DNA from: an uncultured Spirochaetota bacterium
Lineage (GTDB): Bacteria > Spirochaetota > Brevinematia > Brevinematales > JAOACQ01
Reading direction: 5' to 3'
DNA: 64,000 nucleotides
Assembly: GCA_963783575.1 (NCBI GenBank)
Contig: CAWAOD010000005.1
Span: 416,001-480,000 of the forward strand
Below the pieces are notes generated by a model that ran no database searches, was not told where the DNA came from, and saw nothing but the letters and a program-made list of their open reading frames with translations. The position numbers and the translations under genes are program-made. Within the stretch, counting starts at the first letter, position 1. Each line of letters begins with the position of its first letter. Positions 51,413 through 61,312 of the stretch are shown one piece after another.

Positions 51413-51445
51413 AAATGCAATTTTGGCCGGATTTGAGGTAAAAGA

Positions 51446-52285
51446 ATGAAAATAATAATAATTATGATTTTATTCGCATCAATTTCAGTTTTTGCTGATA
51501 CTCATTCACCTGTTATACTTTTACCAAATATTAAAATTACTTCGTCAGAATTATTTACAGAAAAGAATAAATATCCACTTTACAATCTTATCGATAAAAA
51601 TTCAAATACAACTTGGGTATTCAAAACCAGTAATATAAATCAAAGTAACATCTTTATTAATATTGAGGTAATAGATGACGATTTAATAAAATATATTAGA
51701 CTTATAAATGGATTTTCAAAATCTGAAAATCTCTATTTTGCTAACAACAGGATTATACAAATAGGATTAACAATTGATAATAATAATAAAAGTATCATTG
51801 ATTTAAAGGAAACATTAGATTTTCAAGATATTGAATTAAATAAATCAACAAAATCATTAATAATGTCTATATTAAAAGTAAATAAAGGCAGAAAATATCT
51901 GGATATTTGTATATCTGAGCTAGAATTATTAGATAGTAATAAAAACAATATATTAGATAAATATAACTATTTTATTTTCAATGAATCAGGTGAATACTCT
52001 GATATTTATATATATGATAAAAAGATAAATAAATATTTTCATTCAAATAAAGAAGGTATAACTGGTTATGGATTTTCACCAAATGGCGATAAAATATTTT
52101 TGAATTATAGTGAAATTGATGGCGTTGGTTTTGATGTCTATTATCTTAAAACAAAAGAAATAAAATCATATTTAACAAACAATAAATATGTAGAGACTAT
52201 GGATTGGATAAGTAATAATTATATAAAAATTAAGTGGTACGATTTGCGGGATATTAAAGGTATTACAAACATACTGATAAATTAA
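51446..52285 (+). CDS. Cassette 7: exported protein with discoidin/NADase-type glycan-binding-like domain
   Basis: Signal peptide; NLIDKNSNTTW, INGFSKSENLYFANNR, DICISEL. Confidence 0.6.
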   Translation: MKIIIIMILFASISVFADTHSPVILLPNIKITSSELFTEKNKYPLYNLIDKNSNTTWVFKTSNINQSNIFINIEVIDDDLIKYIRLINGFSKSENLYFANNRIIQIGLTIDNNNKSIIDLKETLDFQDIELNKSTKSLIMSILKVNKGRKYLDICISELELLDSNKNNILDKYNYFIFNESGEYSDIYIYDKKINKYFHSNKEGITGYGFSPNGDKIFLNYSEIDGVGFDVYYLKTKEIKSYLTNNKYVETMDWISNNYIKIKWYDLRDIKGITNILIN

Positions 52286-52305
52286 ACACGGCCAAAACTG
52301 CATTT

Positions 52306-52549
52306 AACAGCGGCTATATCGCTCCGGTGCTCGAAAAAACTTTTCAGGGTGTAACGGAGGAGAAGAGAAAAGTTTTTCCTGCGCTCCTCGGATTCGCCCG
52401 TATTTGTTTTTGATAAAAATAGAAAGGAGTTCAACTTGACTATGATGCTTATTAAAATAGAAGTCATTATTTACTGGCTCACCACATTTGCAAGCCTAAG
52501 CGCGCGGGGCTGGCGCTAAGGCTTGCAAACGTCGTATAGCCGCACCGTT
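52306..52549 (+). repeat. attC-like linker 7 (type A, 244 bp)
   Basis: Type A copy. Confidence 0.85.
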
Positions 52550-52592
52550 GTGCGAAAGTCGTGGCAGCTCTATATTAAAATAGGAGTTAGTT

Positions 52593-53162
52593 ATGGATCA
52601 TAATTTAGAGAAAGTATTAAAAAATGGGAAAAAACAAGAGTTTATAAAATTTACATCTTTAATGAATGTAATTGATGATAAAGGGCAATTTCCTTTAAAA
52701 TATTCAGTAGTAAATTCAAATTATGATACTTTTAAAGAATTAATTCCTTACACAAATGTAAATTTGGCAGATAATTATGGTGTAAATGCATTAATAACTA
52801 TAATAAGTAATATCAAAAATGACAAAAATCAAATTGATAAAATAAAATTACTATTACAATATGGTGCAGATGTAAATTCTAAAACTATTGCTGGAATTAC
52901 TCCTTTAATGACTGCTGTATTTATTGGGAAGATTGATATAATTAATATATTAATAAATTCAGGTGCAAATATCAATGATATAGGAAATGATGGTAAATCT
53001 GCTTTATTTCTAGCTGTCATAGCTAATAATAAAGCTATAGTAGAATGTTTATTAAAATATAATGCGAATACTAATTTGATTGATAAAGATAATAAGTCAA
53101 TATTAAATTATTCTAGAAATAAGGATATAACAAAATTATTAGTTGATGCAGGTGCTAAGTAA
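52593..53162 (+). CDS. Cassette 8: ankyrin-repeat protein
   Basis: LLLQYGADVN, GITPLMTA, GKSALFLA repeats. Confidence 0.9.
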   Translation: MDHNLEKVLKNGKKQEFIKFTSLMNVIDDKGQFPLKYSVVNSNYDTFKELIPYTNVNLADNYGVNALITIISNIKNDKNQIDKIKLLLQYGADVNSKTIAGITPLMTAVFIGKIDIINILINSGANINDIGNDGKSALFLAVIANNKAIVECLLKYNANTNLIDKDNKSILNYSRNKDITKLLVDAGAK

Positions 53163-53195
53163 GTTTGTTGGTTAAATATGCCCCGACCATCGCAC

Positions 53196-53438
53196 AACAA
53201 CGGCTATATCGCTCCGGTGCTCGAAAAAACTTTTCAGGGCGTAACGGAGGAGAAGAGAAAAGTTTTTCCTGCGCTCCTCGGGTTCGCCCGTTTTAGATTT
53301 TGATAAAATAGAAAGGAGTTCATCTTGACTATGATGATTATTAAAATAAAAGTCATTGTTTACGGGCTCACCACATTTGCAAGCCTAAGCGCGCGGGGCT
53401 GGCGCTAAGGCTTGCAAACGTCGTATAGCCGCACCGTT
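53196..53438 (+). repeat. attC-like linker 8 (type A, 243 bp)
   Basis: Type A copy. Confidence 0.85.
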
Positions 53439-53520
53439 AGCTGAAAGTTACGGGAAGGGTTTAAATGAAAAATAACCGCGGCGTCCTGCCGCGATATGAT
53501 AATTATTTTTAGGAGATTTT

Positions 53521-56079
53521 ATGTATAAATCAGAAAATTTAGATGAATTACGGAAAAATAATCCAAACTATTTATCTAAAAAACCATTTGAACATCAAAA
53601 AGATGCTTTTATTAAGTTATCAAATTTATATGATTTAATAGACTTTAAGTCTGGAATTTTAGTTTTACCAACTGGAGCAGGAAAAACTTTTACTTCAATA
53701 AATTGGATATGTCGTAATATTATAGCAAAAGATATAAAAGTTTTATGGTTAGCCCATACATCTCATTTATTAGAACAAGCATACCATGAGTTTTGTAATA
53801 ATTTCTTAGATATTCCACCGCAAAAACAAATTATTAATATAAGAGTTGTTTCAAGTAATCCAAAACACTCAAATCCAAGCGAAATAAAAAACACTGACGA
53901 TGTGTTGATAATTACTTCTCAAACAGCCATTAGTAACTATAATTCTAATGCGACAGATATTTATGGAAAAAAAATTACAACACAATTTGAAATTTTTCTT
54001 TTCAATTCCAATGATAAAGGTCTATTTGTAGTTTTGGATGAAGCTCATCATGCTCCTGCTTATGGAGTACGAAATTTATTAATAGGAGGTTCAAAATTTA
54101 AAAAAGGAATCATGCAGATTGTACCTAATTGTAATTTTCTGGGTTTGACCGCTACGCCAACTTATTCTGAACCAAATAGAAGAGGTTGGTTATGGGAAAT
54201 TTTCAAAGATGGGATAATTTATCAAGCAGATAAAACAGAACTTGAAAAACAAGGAATTCTCGCAATACCTAATTATATTGATTATAATACAGAAATTCAA
54301 TTTGATTTAGATCAAAAATCCTATCAGCAAATTGTCAGAGAACATAAAGACCTACCAGAAAATATTATTGATAATTTAGCTAAAAATGAGCAAAGAAATA
54401 ATTTTATTGCTGAAATTTTTATTAAGAATAGAAAAACATTCGGAAAAACGTTTATATTTGCAGATCGTTGGTATCAATGTGTTTATATAAAAGAAAAATT
54501 TAAAAAGGCGAGAATAAAAGCTGATGCTGTTTTTTCAAGAATAGATGCAAAACTAACAACTGTAGAAGAAAGGAACTCAAATATAAAAACTGATAATGAT
54601 GAAATCCTTAATAAATTTAAACAGAATCAATTAGAAGTTTTATTAAATGTTCAAATGTTAACTGAAGGTACAGATGTCCCTGACGTAGATACAGTGTTCA
54701 TTACAAGACAAACAACAAGTTCAATTTTATTAACACAAATGATTGGAAGAGCATTAAGAGGAACACAGGCGCAGAAAAATGGAAAGATAAAAAATACAGC
54801 TAATATAGTATATTTTATTGATAATTGGCGTCAAGTCATTAACTTTGCATCAGCAACAGAAGGCGGTCTTGCTGAAACAGAAAAAGTAAAAGGTTATTAT
54901 CCAATTGAGTATGTTTCCATTAAATTGATTGAAGAGCTTTCCAGAAGAATTGATAGCGGAACTGTTCTTGCTGATATCCCATTTATTCAGTTATTACCTT
55001 ATGGTTGGTATGAAACTGAAATAACAGTCACAAAAGATGATGAGACTCAAAATTTCAAAGAATTTGTAATAGTATTTGAATCAAATAAAGTTAAATTTGA
55101 AAAATTTATTAATGATATACAAAAATCATTACCTTCTGAATGGGAAGATGAGAATTTATCTGAAGATTATATGTCTAAGCAAATTAAACAATGGGTTTAT
55201 AAGTATTTTTCAAAAGAAGATAATTTAAAAAATACTCTGGATTATGATTTATCAATAATAGCAAGGCATATTGCTCAAAATGAAAAAAAGCCACCGAAGA
55301 TTGTTTTATTTAAAGATCGCAATACACATGATTTATACAAAATTGCCTATGAAACAGTCGAAAAACGTATGGATGAACTGTCTATCTATGATATGTTAGA
55401 ATCAACTTATAATGACTCTGAAAAATTATGGAAAGCTTTTTATAAAAGTTTTGACAGATTTCAATCTGCATTTGATTTTGAAAAGAGATGTGCTGTTTAT
55501 AAAATTAAATATGGCAATACTCCTATAATTAAAATTGCAGACCCCGATATAATAAAACCAACACGGGAACCAACAGAAGAAGAAAAAGAAAAAATATTTA
55601 AACATGATAACTATACCTGTCAATGTTGTGGAAAATATATAAACCCCAATAGTAAAAAAGAAAGGCGGCTTTTAGTAATTGATCATGTAAGTGCTTATAA
55701 ATTTAGAGGAGATAGTTCTGATACTAATCTACAAACACTTTGTGTGACTTGTAATACACATAAAAATATTAACGAGATTAATTTTAGAGTTACTTGTTCA
55801 AAATTATTGAACCCAAAAGATTTTGAGGCTTTTAATGTAGATCAAAATGAAGATTTTGGTACAGTTTTAAAACGCATAATAAATTTCTTTTATAACTGTA
55901 AAGCAGTTTTAAATATAAATTGGTCTACTGATGGAAGAAATAAATATTCAAAAATATGGGAGATAGAACTGTATCCTGAAAATAAAATTGAATGGTTGAA
56001 ACAGAATAAACAAAAATTGATGAATTTTATTCGAAATGAGTTAGAATATAAACAATTAGAAAATATTATTATTAAATAA
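53521..56079 (+). CDS. Cassette 9: SF2 (ResIII-like) helicase fused to HNH nuclease
   Basis: LPTGAGKT, DEAHH, GLTATP, QMIGRALR; CQCCG...IDHV...NLQTLCVTCN. Confidence 0.88.
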   Translation: MYKSENLDELRKNNPNYLSKKPFEHQKDAFIKLSNLYDLIDFKSGILVLPTGAGKTFTSINWICRNIIAKDIKVLWLAHTSHLLEQAYHEFCNNFLDIPPQKQIINIRVVSSNPKHSNPSEIKNTDDVLIITSQTAISNYNSNATDIYGKKITTQFEIFLFNSNDKGLFVVLDEAHHAPAYGVRNLLIGGSKFKKGIMQIVPNCNFLGLTATPTYSEPNRRGWLWEIFKDGIIYQADKTELEKQGILAIPNYIDYNTEIQFDLDQKSYQQIVREHKDLPENIIDNLAKNEQRNNFIAEIFIKNRKTFGKTFIFADRWYQCVYIKEKFKKARIKADAVFSRIDAKLTTVEERNSNIKTDNDEILNKFKQNQLEVLLNVQMLTEGTDVPDVDTVFITRQTTSSILLTQMIGRALRGTQAQKNGKIKNTANIVYFIDNWRQVINFASATEGGLAETEKVKGYYPIEYVSIKLIEELSRRIDSGTVLADIPFIQLLPYGWYETEITVTKDDETQNFKEFVIVFESNKVKFEKFINDIQKSLPSEWEDENLSEDYMSKQIKQWVYKYFSKEDNLKNTLDYDLSIIARHIAQNEKKPPKIVLFKDRNTHDLYKIAYETVEKRMDELSIYDMLESTYNDSEKLWKAFYKSFDRFQSAFDFEKRCAVYKIKYGNTPIIKIADPDIIKPTREPTEEEKEKIFKHDNYTCQCCGKYINPNSKKERRLLVIDHVSAYKFRGDSSDTNLQTLCVTCNTHKNINEINFRVTCSKLLNPKDFEAFNVDQNEDFGTVLKRIINFFYNCKAVLNINWSTDGRNKYSKIWEIELYPENKIEWLKQNKQKLMNFIRNELEYKQLENIIIK

Positions 56080-56169
56080 ATATCTAATTTATTGATTAAA
56101 TAAAGGATGATTATAAACAGCGCCATCCTTGGCTTTTCTGGTTGTGCCGACTTCCCGTAACCTTCAGCT

Positions 56170-56321
56170 AACAAGGCATAGCTGTTCCGCTCCGTCCTCG
56201 CGCGGCTCCGGGCGGTGCTCAGCCTTCGGCACATTTGCCTTTGTCATCTTTTTTGCGCGTGGGATGCAAAAAAGACGCCAATCGCTGACGCGAACGGCAA
56301 ACGTCGCCAAGCTGTACCGTT
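56170..56321 (+). repeat. attC-like linker 9 (type B, 152 bp)
   Basis: Matches linker 3 without its AT-rich loop; 3' arm differs. Confidence 0.8.
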
Positions 56322-56378
56322 ATATGCAATGCCTTAAATTTTCTTGTTTTATAAATATTAGTATAATAGGAGGTTAAA

Positions 56379-56873
56379 ATGAATCCTAATGTTAATTTGA
56401 CATTATTTTCTAAGGATAGTTATCGCTCGACCCGACAAGGGAAAATGGTGCTTAATTTTAGTGCGCTCCAAATATTTCCCTTATTGTGCCCAGTAGAAGA
56501 GTATAAATGGTTCCCAGGCTGGGAATGTATAATGGTATATTCCAAAACAGGGATTGCAGAGAAAGATGCCGTCTTTTTAACCAAAGAAAAGGACGGTTCT
56601 AATATTGTCTGGACAGTTATCACATATGATCCACCCAATTTAATTGAATTTAGTATCGTAAACGGTCTGAATTCCGTCGAGAGATTCAGTATTATTTTGA
56701 CAGAGATATCTCATAAAAGTACTGAACTTGAATGGAAAATCATGAATACATCTTATTCAAAAAATAGTATTGAACAAAACAAAAATCAAAATAATGAATC
56801 TTTTAATATTTTTTTAGAAGATAGAAAAAAGGAAATGGACTACTATCTACGGACAGGGAAAATAATTCAATAA
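56379..56873 (+). CDS. Cassette 10: SRPBCC/START-like protein
   Basis: IFPLLCPVEEYKWFPGW...WTVITYDPP pattern. Confidence 0.6.
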   Translation: MNPNVNLTLFSKDSYRSTRQGKMVLNFSALQIFPLLCPVEEYKWFPGWECIMVYSKTGIAEKDAVFLTKEKDGSNIVWTVITYDPPNLIEFSIVNGLNSVERFSIILTEISHKSTELEWKIMNTSYSKNSIEQNKNQNNESFNIFLEDRKKEMDYYLRTGKIIQ

Positions 56874-56897
56874 TTATATTAATAAGGCACTGCGCAC

Positions 56898-57050
56898 AAC
56901 AGCAAGTCAGCGGTTGCGCTCGAGTACTCGCTCCACCCAAATCGCCGGGCTGGTTGAAAGCAATTAAATATGTTAATTTTTATAAATGCTTTTTGATATA
57001 ATATTTACAGCTTAATTAAATACCGGCGACTTCGCCGACTTGCACCCGTT
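56898..57050 (+). repeat. attC-like linker 10 (type D, 153 bp)
   Basis: AAC-AGCAAGTCAGCG...CGCCGACTTGCACCC-GTT. Confidence 0.75.
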
Positions 57051-57164
57051 GTACGAAAATTTCCGGGCCGAAGCTGATGATATTACTTTTCCGGCGTCCT
57101 TGCCGGAAAAATGATTTATTATTTAAAATGTATTAGAATTTATATCGATTAGTAGAGGTTTTAA

Positions 57165-58439
57165 ATGGCATTATTATCAGAAATTGAATCTGCACTAATG
57201 CTTGGAATTACAGTTGAATTATTAAATTCATATACAAAATATTGTCCAAAATCTGGCGAAAATGTTAAATTAAAATATAAAATAGTAAAAGGTATAAAAC
57301 ATTTTGAAAAAGATGATATTCTATTTTATCATAAATATTTAAACAGTCCGTGGCCTATGCCAAAAAAAGGAGAAAGACCATATATTCCTAAAGCAATCCA
57401 AGATTTTATAAAGTTTGAATCACATTATTCCTGTTCAATTTGCGGTCATATGGATAATGGTGAAATAGCACATATTGAAGCAGTTTCAACAACACTAAAT
57501 AATAGTCCAGATAATCTTATTTATTTATGTCCAAATCATCATACAAAATATGATTATGGTTACAAACCTAATAGTAATGTTACATTAGAAGAAATTCGTG
57601 CTTCAAAACTTTTAAAAAGAAATGCTTTACAAAGAGTGATGAAATATGAGTCTAATACAGTTAAATTATTAAAAGTTACATTATTAAACATAAAATCAAT
57701 CAGTGAAAAACTAGCCTTTGAAAGTGATAAAACAATGCTAGAGATTTATAATGTTGAATTACAAAACATTGTGAAGAATTTACCAGAATATATAGATAAA
57801 GCAAATGATGACGCAAAAAAAGATATAAGTTTAGTAAATGAAAAAGAACTATTATCTAAAAATGCACCAAATTTAATAAAATATTCAAATATAATAATAA
57901 AAGATTCTTCTTTGTTCAAAACATCCGTTGACTCAATAATCAAGATTTCTAACGAAATATTTATTGATTTAGATGAATATCCCTGTCCTCATTGTGGAGG
58001 AAGCGGACTAACAGGATTACTCGGTGATATATGTGTTTATTGTAAAGGTTCTTGTGTAGTCTCAAAGCAAATGGTTAATAGTTATGACTCTAATAAAATT
58101 GATGAAGTTGAATGTCCTCATTGTGGAGGAAGCGGACTAACAGGATTACTCGGTAATATATGTATTTATTGTAAAGGTTCTCGTAGAGTATCTCATAAAA
58201 AGTTTGATCAGTATGATCCAGATAAAATCGATGAAGTTGATTGCCCTCGTTGTGGGGGAAGCGGACTAACAGGATTACTCGGTGATATATGTACTTATTG
58301 TAAAGGTTCTCGTAGAGTATCTCATAAAAAGTTTGATGAGTATGATCCCGATGAAACCAATGAAGTTGAATGTCCTCATTGTAGGGGAAGTGGTCTATCA
58401 GGATTAGTCGGTAATGTATGTAAATTATGTAAAGGTTAA
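57165..58439 (+). CDS. Cassette 11: HNH nuclease with four tandem CxxCxGxG zinc-finger repeats
   Basis: CSICG..EIAHI..NLIYLCPNHH; 129-bp repeats starting 57984, 58113, 58242, 58371. Confidence 0.8.
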   Translation: MALLSEIESALMLGITVELLNSYTKYCPKSGENVKLKYKIVKGIKHFEKDDILFYHKYLNSPWPMPKKGERPYIPKAIQDFIKFESHYSCSICGHMDNGEIAHIEAVSTTLNNSPDNLIYLCPNHHTKYDYGYKPNSNVTLEEIRASKLLKRNALQRVMKYESNTVKLLKVTLLNIKSISEKLAFESDKTMLEIYNVELQNIVKNLPEYIDKANDDAKKDISLVNEKELLSKNAPNLIKYSNIIIKDSSLFKTSVDSIIKISNEIFIDLDEYPCPHCGGSGLTGLLGDICVYCKGSCVVSKQMVNSYDSNKIDEVECPHCGGSGLTGLLGNICIYCKGSRRVSHKKFDQYDPDKIDEVDCPRCGGSGLTGLLGDICTYCKGSRRVSHKKFDEYDPDETNEVECPHCRGSGLSGLVGNVCKLCKG

Positions 58440-58566
58440 TGTGTTGTAACTAAGATAGTATATAAAGAATATATCAAGAAATATGGAACTATTGGCGATT
58501 AAAGCCTCCGCCGTCCTGGGCTCCGGCTTTTTGCTTAAACATTCGGCCCGGAAAACATCGTACAAC

Positions 58567-60360
58567 GGCCTTGTAGAAAAAGTTAATTTCAGGTAATAAT
58601 CCTCCATTCCCAAACAGTTTGTTTTTTTTGATCTGTCTGGAATTACTTTATTTATATAAAACCGGGCTGAATTTACCGGCAAAGCTGCTTTTATTCCATC
58701 ACTATGCCATTATATCCCTCCATAGACCTGAATTTTCCCGATATTGTGCACAGTATTATATAATACCCATTGAATATTCACTTTTCCCTTTCCCCTCAGC
58801 GTAAATCGATCCATACCTTTACATGCCCTTATATTCCCGAATACAGGCTCAACTATAGCCATTCTTTTCGCATAAAGCTTTCTGCCTTAAGGTGTATCTA
58901 TGAACTTTCTCATTTCGTCCGAGTAATGTCTGTTATCCGCATTCAATGGCCTTTGCAACATCGTGTTGCTGTCGAACTAACGTTCGACGGCCTTTTTGGC
59001 TATATAGTAGCTCTTATGGAACCTCCGTGTTCCCAAGGTTGTTTGATTTTATTTTAATTCTTCAGGAAGTCTTTCCGGAATGGACAATTACGGCAGGACA
59101 ATAACCGGCAGATATACTTCGCATATGTAATATGATTCACCGTATGGTTATATCTGAACCTGAGTTCCTCTCCTTTCTTGCATATATAAACATTATTTTC
59201 CGGATCATATTGAAAATCATCAATTGTATACTGCCCTTTCTTCGCAGGCTTATGTCTGTCAGCGGTTTCAAACCTGCAATCGCGCTTCCTGAAATTCGTA
59301 TCCGGGATGACCGGTTTCATACCGTTTTGCGAAATATATTTCAGGTTCTTTTCGCTGAAATAATTGGTGTCCGCAGTGATTATTTTATCCTTTAAATCTT
59401 TTCCCAATTCTACTTTTGCTTTACGGATCATCCCTTTCAGGAATTCCCCCTCAGACCCGCTCCCAAAAGCTTCGGGATATACCACAACCTGATACTTCGA
59501 ATCCACTACAGAAAGTCCGTTGTAGCCCTGGATAACACCATGTGAACTCTTTATTTTCGCACTCTCGTTGTCAGTGACATTGGACTGCTTTTCACCATGC
59601 CGTGCCTTGTTTTTGGGTTTTTCACTTTCCAGAAACTTTTCTATCTTTTCCGCTTTCTTTAAAATCTTCTCGATCCGTGCCAGATCTTTTTCCTTATCCT
59701 TCTCAGGAAAACCGCCGGCCTGATCACGCTTTTCATGTTCATCAAGCATTTCCTTAACCAGGTTTTCCAGCTTCTCTTTTTTCTTCTTCAAATCCTTAAA
59801 TGTTCCGCTCCATTCCTTTGATGCATTTGACGATAGTTTGCACCCGTCCAGCGCGAACATATCCCCGCCTATGAGATTCAGTTCGTCACAAACCATTAAT
59901 ATATTCAGGAATACGGTATTTATCTCATTTTTCATCGATGATACAAAATCGGCGATGGAAGTAAAGTGCGGTATTGAATTGGCGGAAATGGCTTTGGCTA
60001 TAATATTCGTTTTACACAAATACTCGATTTCACGTGATGTAAAAATACCGCGGGAATAGCTGTAGAGTATTATTTTGAGCATAACCCGCGGATTATAAGC
60101 CGGGGCACCGGTAGCATCGTTCTTATACTTATTCTCAAAGATTTTAAGATCAATTCTGTTGTCAACAAGAAAACTGAGTGTATATTCAAATGTTCCCGGT
60201 ATAATCTGCTCATCGAATGAGACAGGTATGAGTTCCATTTGATCGTAATTAACTTTCTTATATCTTGCCATAATTGCTTTTACCTCTTGATTTTATTTCC
60301 AATATATTTTAAAGTATATACGATATTCTGTACATGAATGACGGACTTTTTCTACAGGCT
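58567..60360 (-). mobile_element. IS1182-family element, array copy 1
   Basis: IRs GGCCTTGTAGAAAAAGT / ACTTTTTCTACAGGCT; (C)AAC duplicated. Confidence 0.9.
58710..60271 (-). pseudogene. IS1182 transposase, interrupted at about 58948-59056, plus a nonsense codon at 58887-58889
   Basis: GAPAYNP, LDGCK, ADTNY; C-terminal VEPVFGNI segment separated. Confidence 0.8.
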
Positions 60361-60361
60361 C

Positions 60362-60516
60362 AACAGCGCGTAGACGCTGCGCTCCTCGGCTATCGCTAAG
60401 GCGACCGGCTGCGGCCTTAGCCTGCGGTGCTCGGGCTTCGCCAAATTTGCCTTTGGCACACATTTTTGCAAAGCAAAAAGATGTGACAAAGGCAAACTTC
60501 GTCTACGCGAACCGTT
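60362..60516 (+). repeat. attC-like linker 11 (type E, 155 bp)
   Basis: AAC-AGCGCGTAGACG...CGTCTACGCGAACC-GTT. Confidence 0.78.
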
Positions 60517-60575
60517 GTACGCCATATCGTCCAGCAAAATTGAATTATACAAATAATAATACAAATAATATGTAC

Positions 60576-60604
60576 TTGACATCATAAATAAAAAATGATA
60601 TAGT
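60576..60604 (+). promoter_or_regulatory. Sigma70 promoter of the TA cassette
   Basis: TTGACA-17 bp-TATAGT, 5 nt before the toxin ATG; ATCAT...ATGAT palindrome spans the spacer. Confidence 0.7.
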
Positions 60605-60609
60605 TATTT

Positions 60610-60972
60610 ATGTGGATTATTGATAGATCTGAAGAAATAATTAAATGGATTCAAGGATTGGATGATGATGCAAAGGAATCAATATTACAGCATTTGATTA
60701 TTCTAAAAAATATTGGACCTTCTTTAGGAAGACCATATGTTGACTTAATTGATGAAAGTAAACATAAGAATATGAAAGAATTAAGGGTTCAAAATAAAAA
60801 AAGAGCTTTTAGAATATTCTTTGCCTTTGATCCTGAAAGAAAAGCAATCTTATTAATTGGTGGAGATAAAAAAGGCAATAAAAATTTCTACAAAGAAATA
60901 ATACCAAAAGCAGATAATTTATATGACATACATTTAAAAGAATTGGAGAAAAAATATGAAAGAAAAAGTTAG
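60610..60972 (+). CDS. Cassette 12: RelE/ParE (HigB-like) toxin
   Basis: GPSLGRPYVD..SKHKNMKELR..RIFFAFDPERKAILLIGGDK. Confidence 0.9.
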   Translation: MWIIDRSEEIIKWIQGLDDDAKESILQHLIILKNIGPSLGRPYVDLIDESKHKNMKELRVQNKKRAFRIFFAFDPERKAILLIGGDKKGNKNFYKEIIPKADNLYDIHLKELEKKYERKS

Positions 60973-61279
60973 TAAGAGAGACTTTTTAGATGAATTATCA
61001 AATACTCTCTCTCCTGAAAGAGTTGAAAGAGCTAAAACAAATGCTGATAAAGAAATATTTAAGATCAGATTGTCAGAATTAAGAAAACAAATGGGAGTTA
61101 AACAAGAAGAAATAAAATCCTTTTCTCAATCCAGTATATCCAGAATAGAATCAAGAAAAGATATGAAAGTTTCAACTCTTATTGAATATTTAGAAGATAT
61201 TGGAATGGGTCTTGAAATTAAAGTATATCCAAAAAAAAGAAGTAATAAAAACAAAGAAGTAACATTATTGCGAGTCTGA
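60956..61279 (+). CDS. Cassette 12: XRE-HTH (HigA-like) antitoxin
   Basis: LSELRK..QSSISRIE..DMKVSTL..Y; overlaps the toxin. Confidence 0.88.
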   Translation: MKEKVSKRDFLDELSNTLSPERVERAKTNADKEIFKIRLSELRKQMGVKQEEIKSFSQSSISRIESRKDMKVSTLIEYLEDIGMGLEIKVYPKKRSNKNKEVTLLRV

Positions 61280-61312
61280 TTCTACCGACAGCTGGACGAT
61301 ACGGCGTACAAC

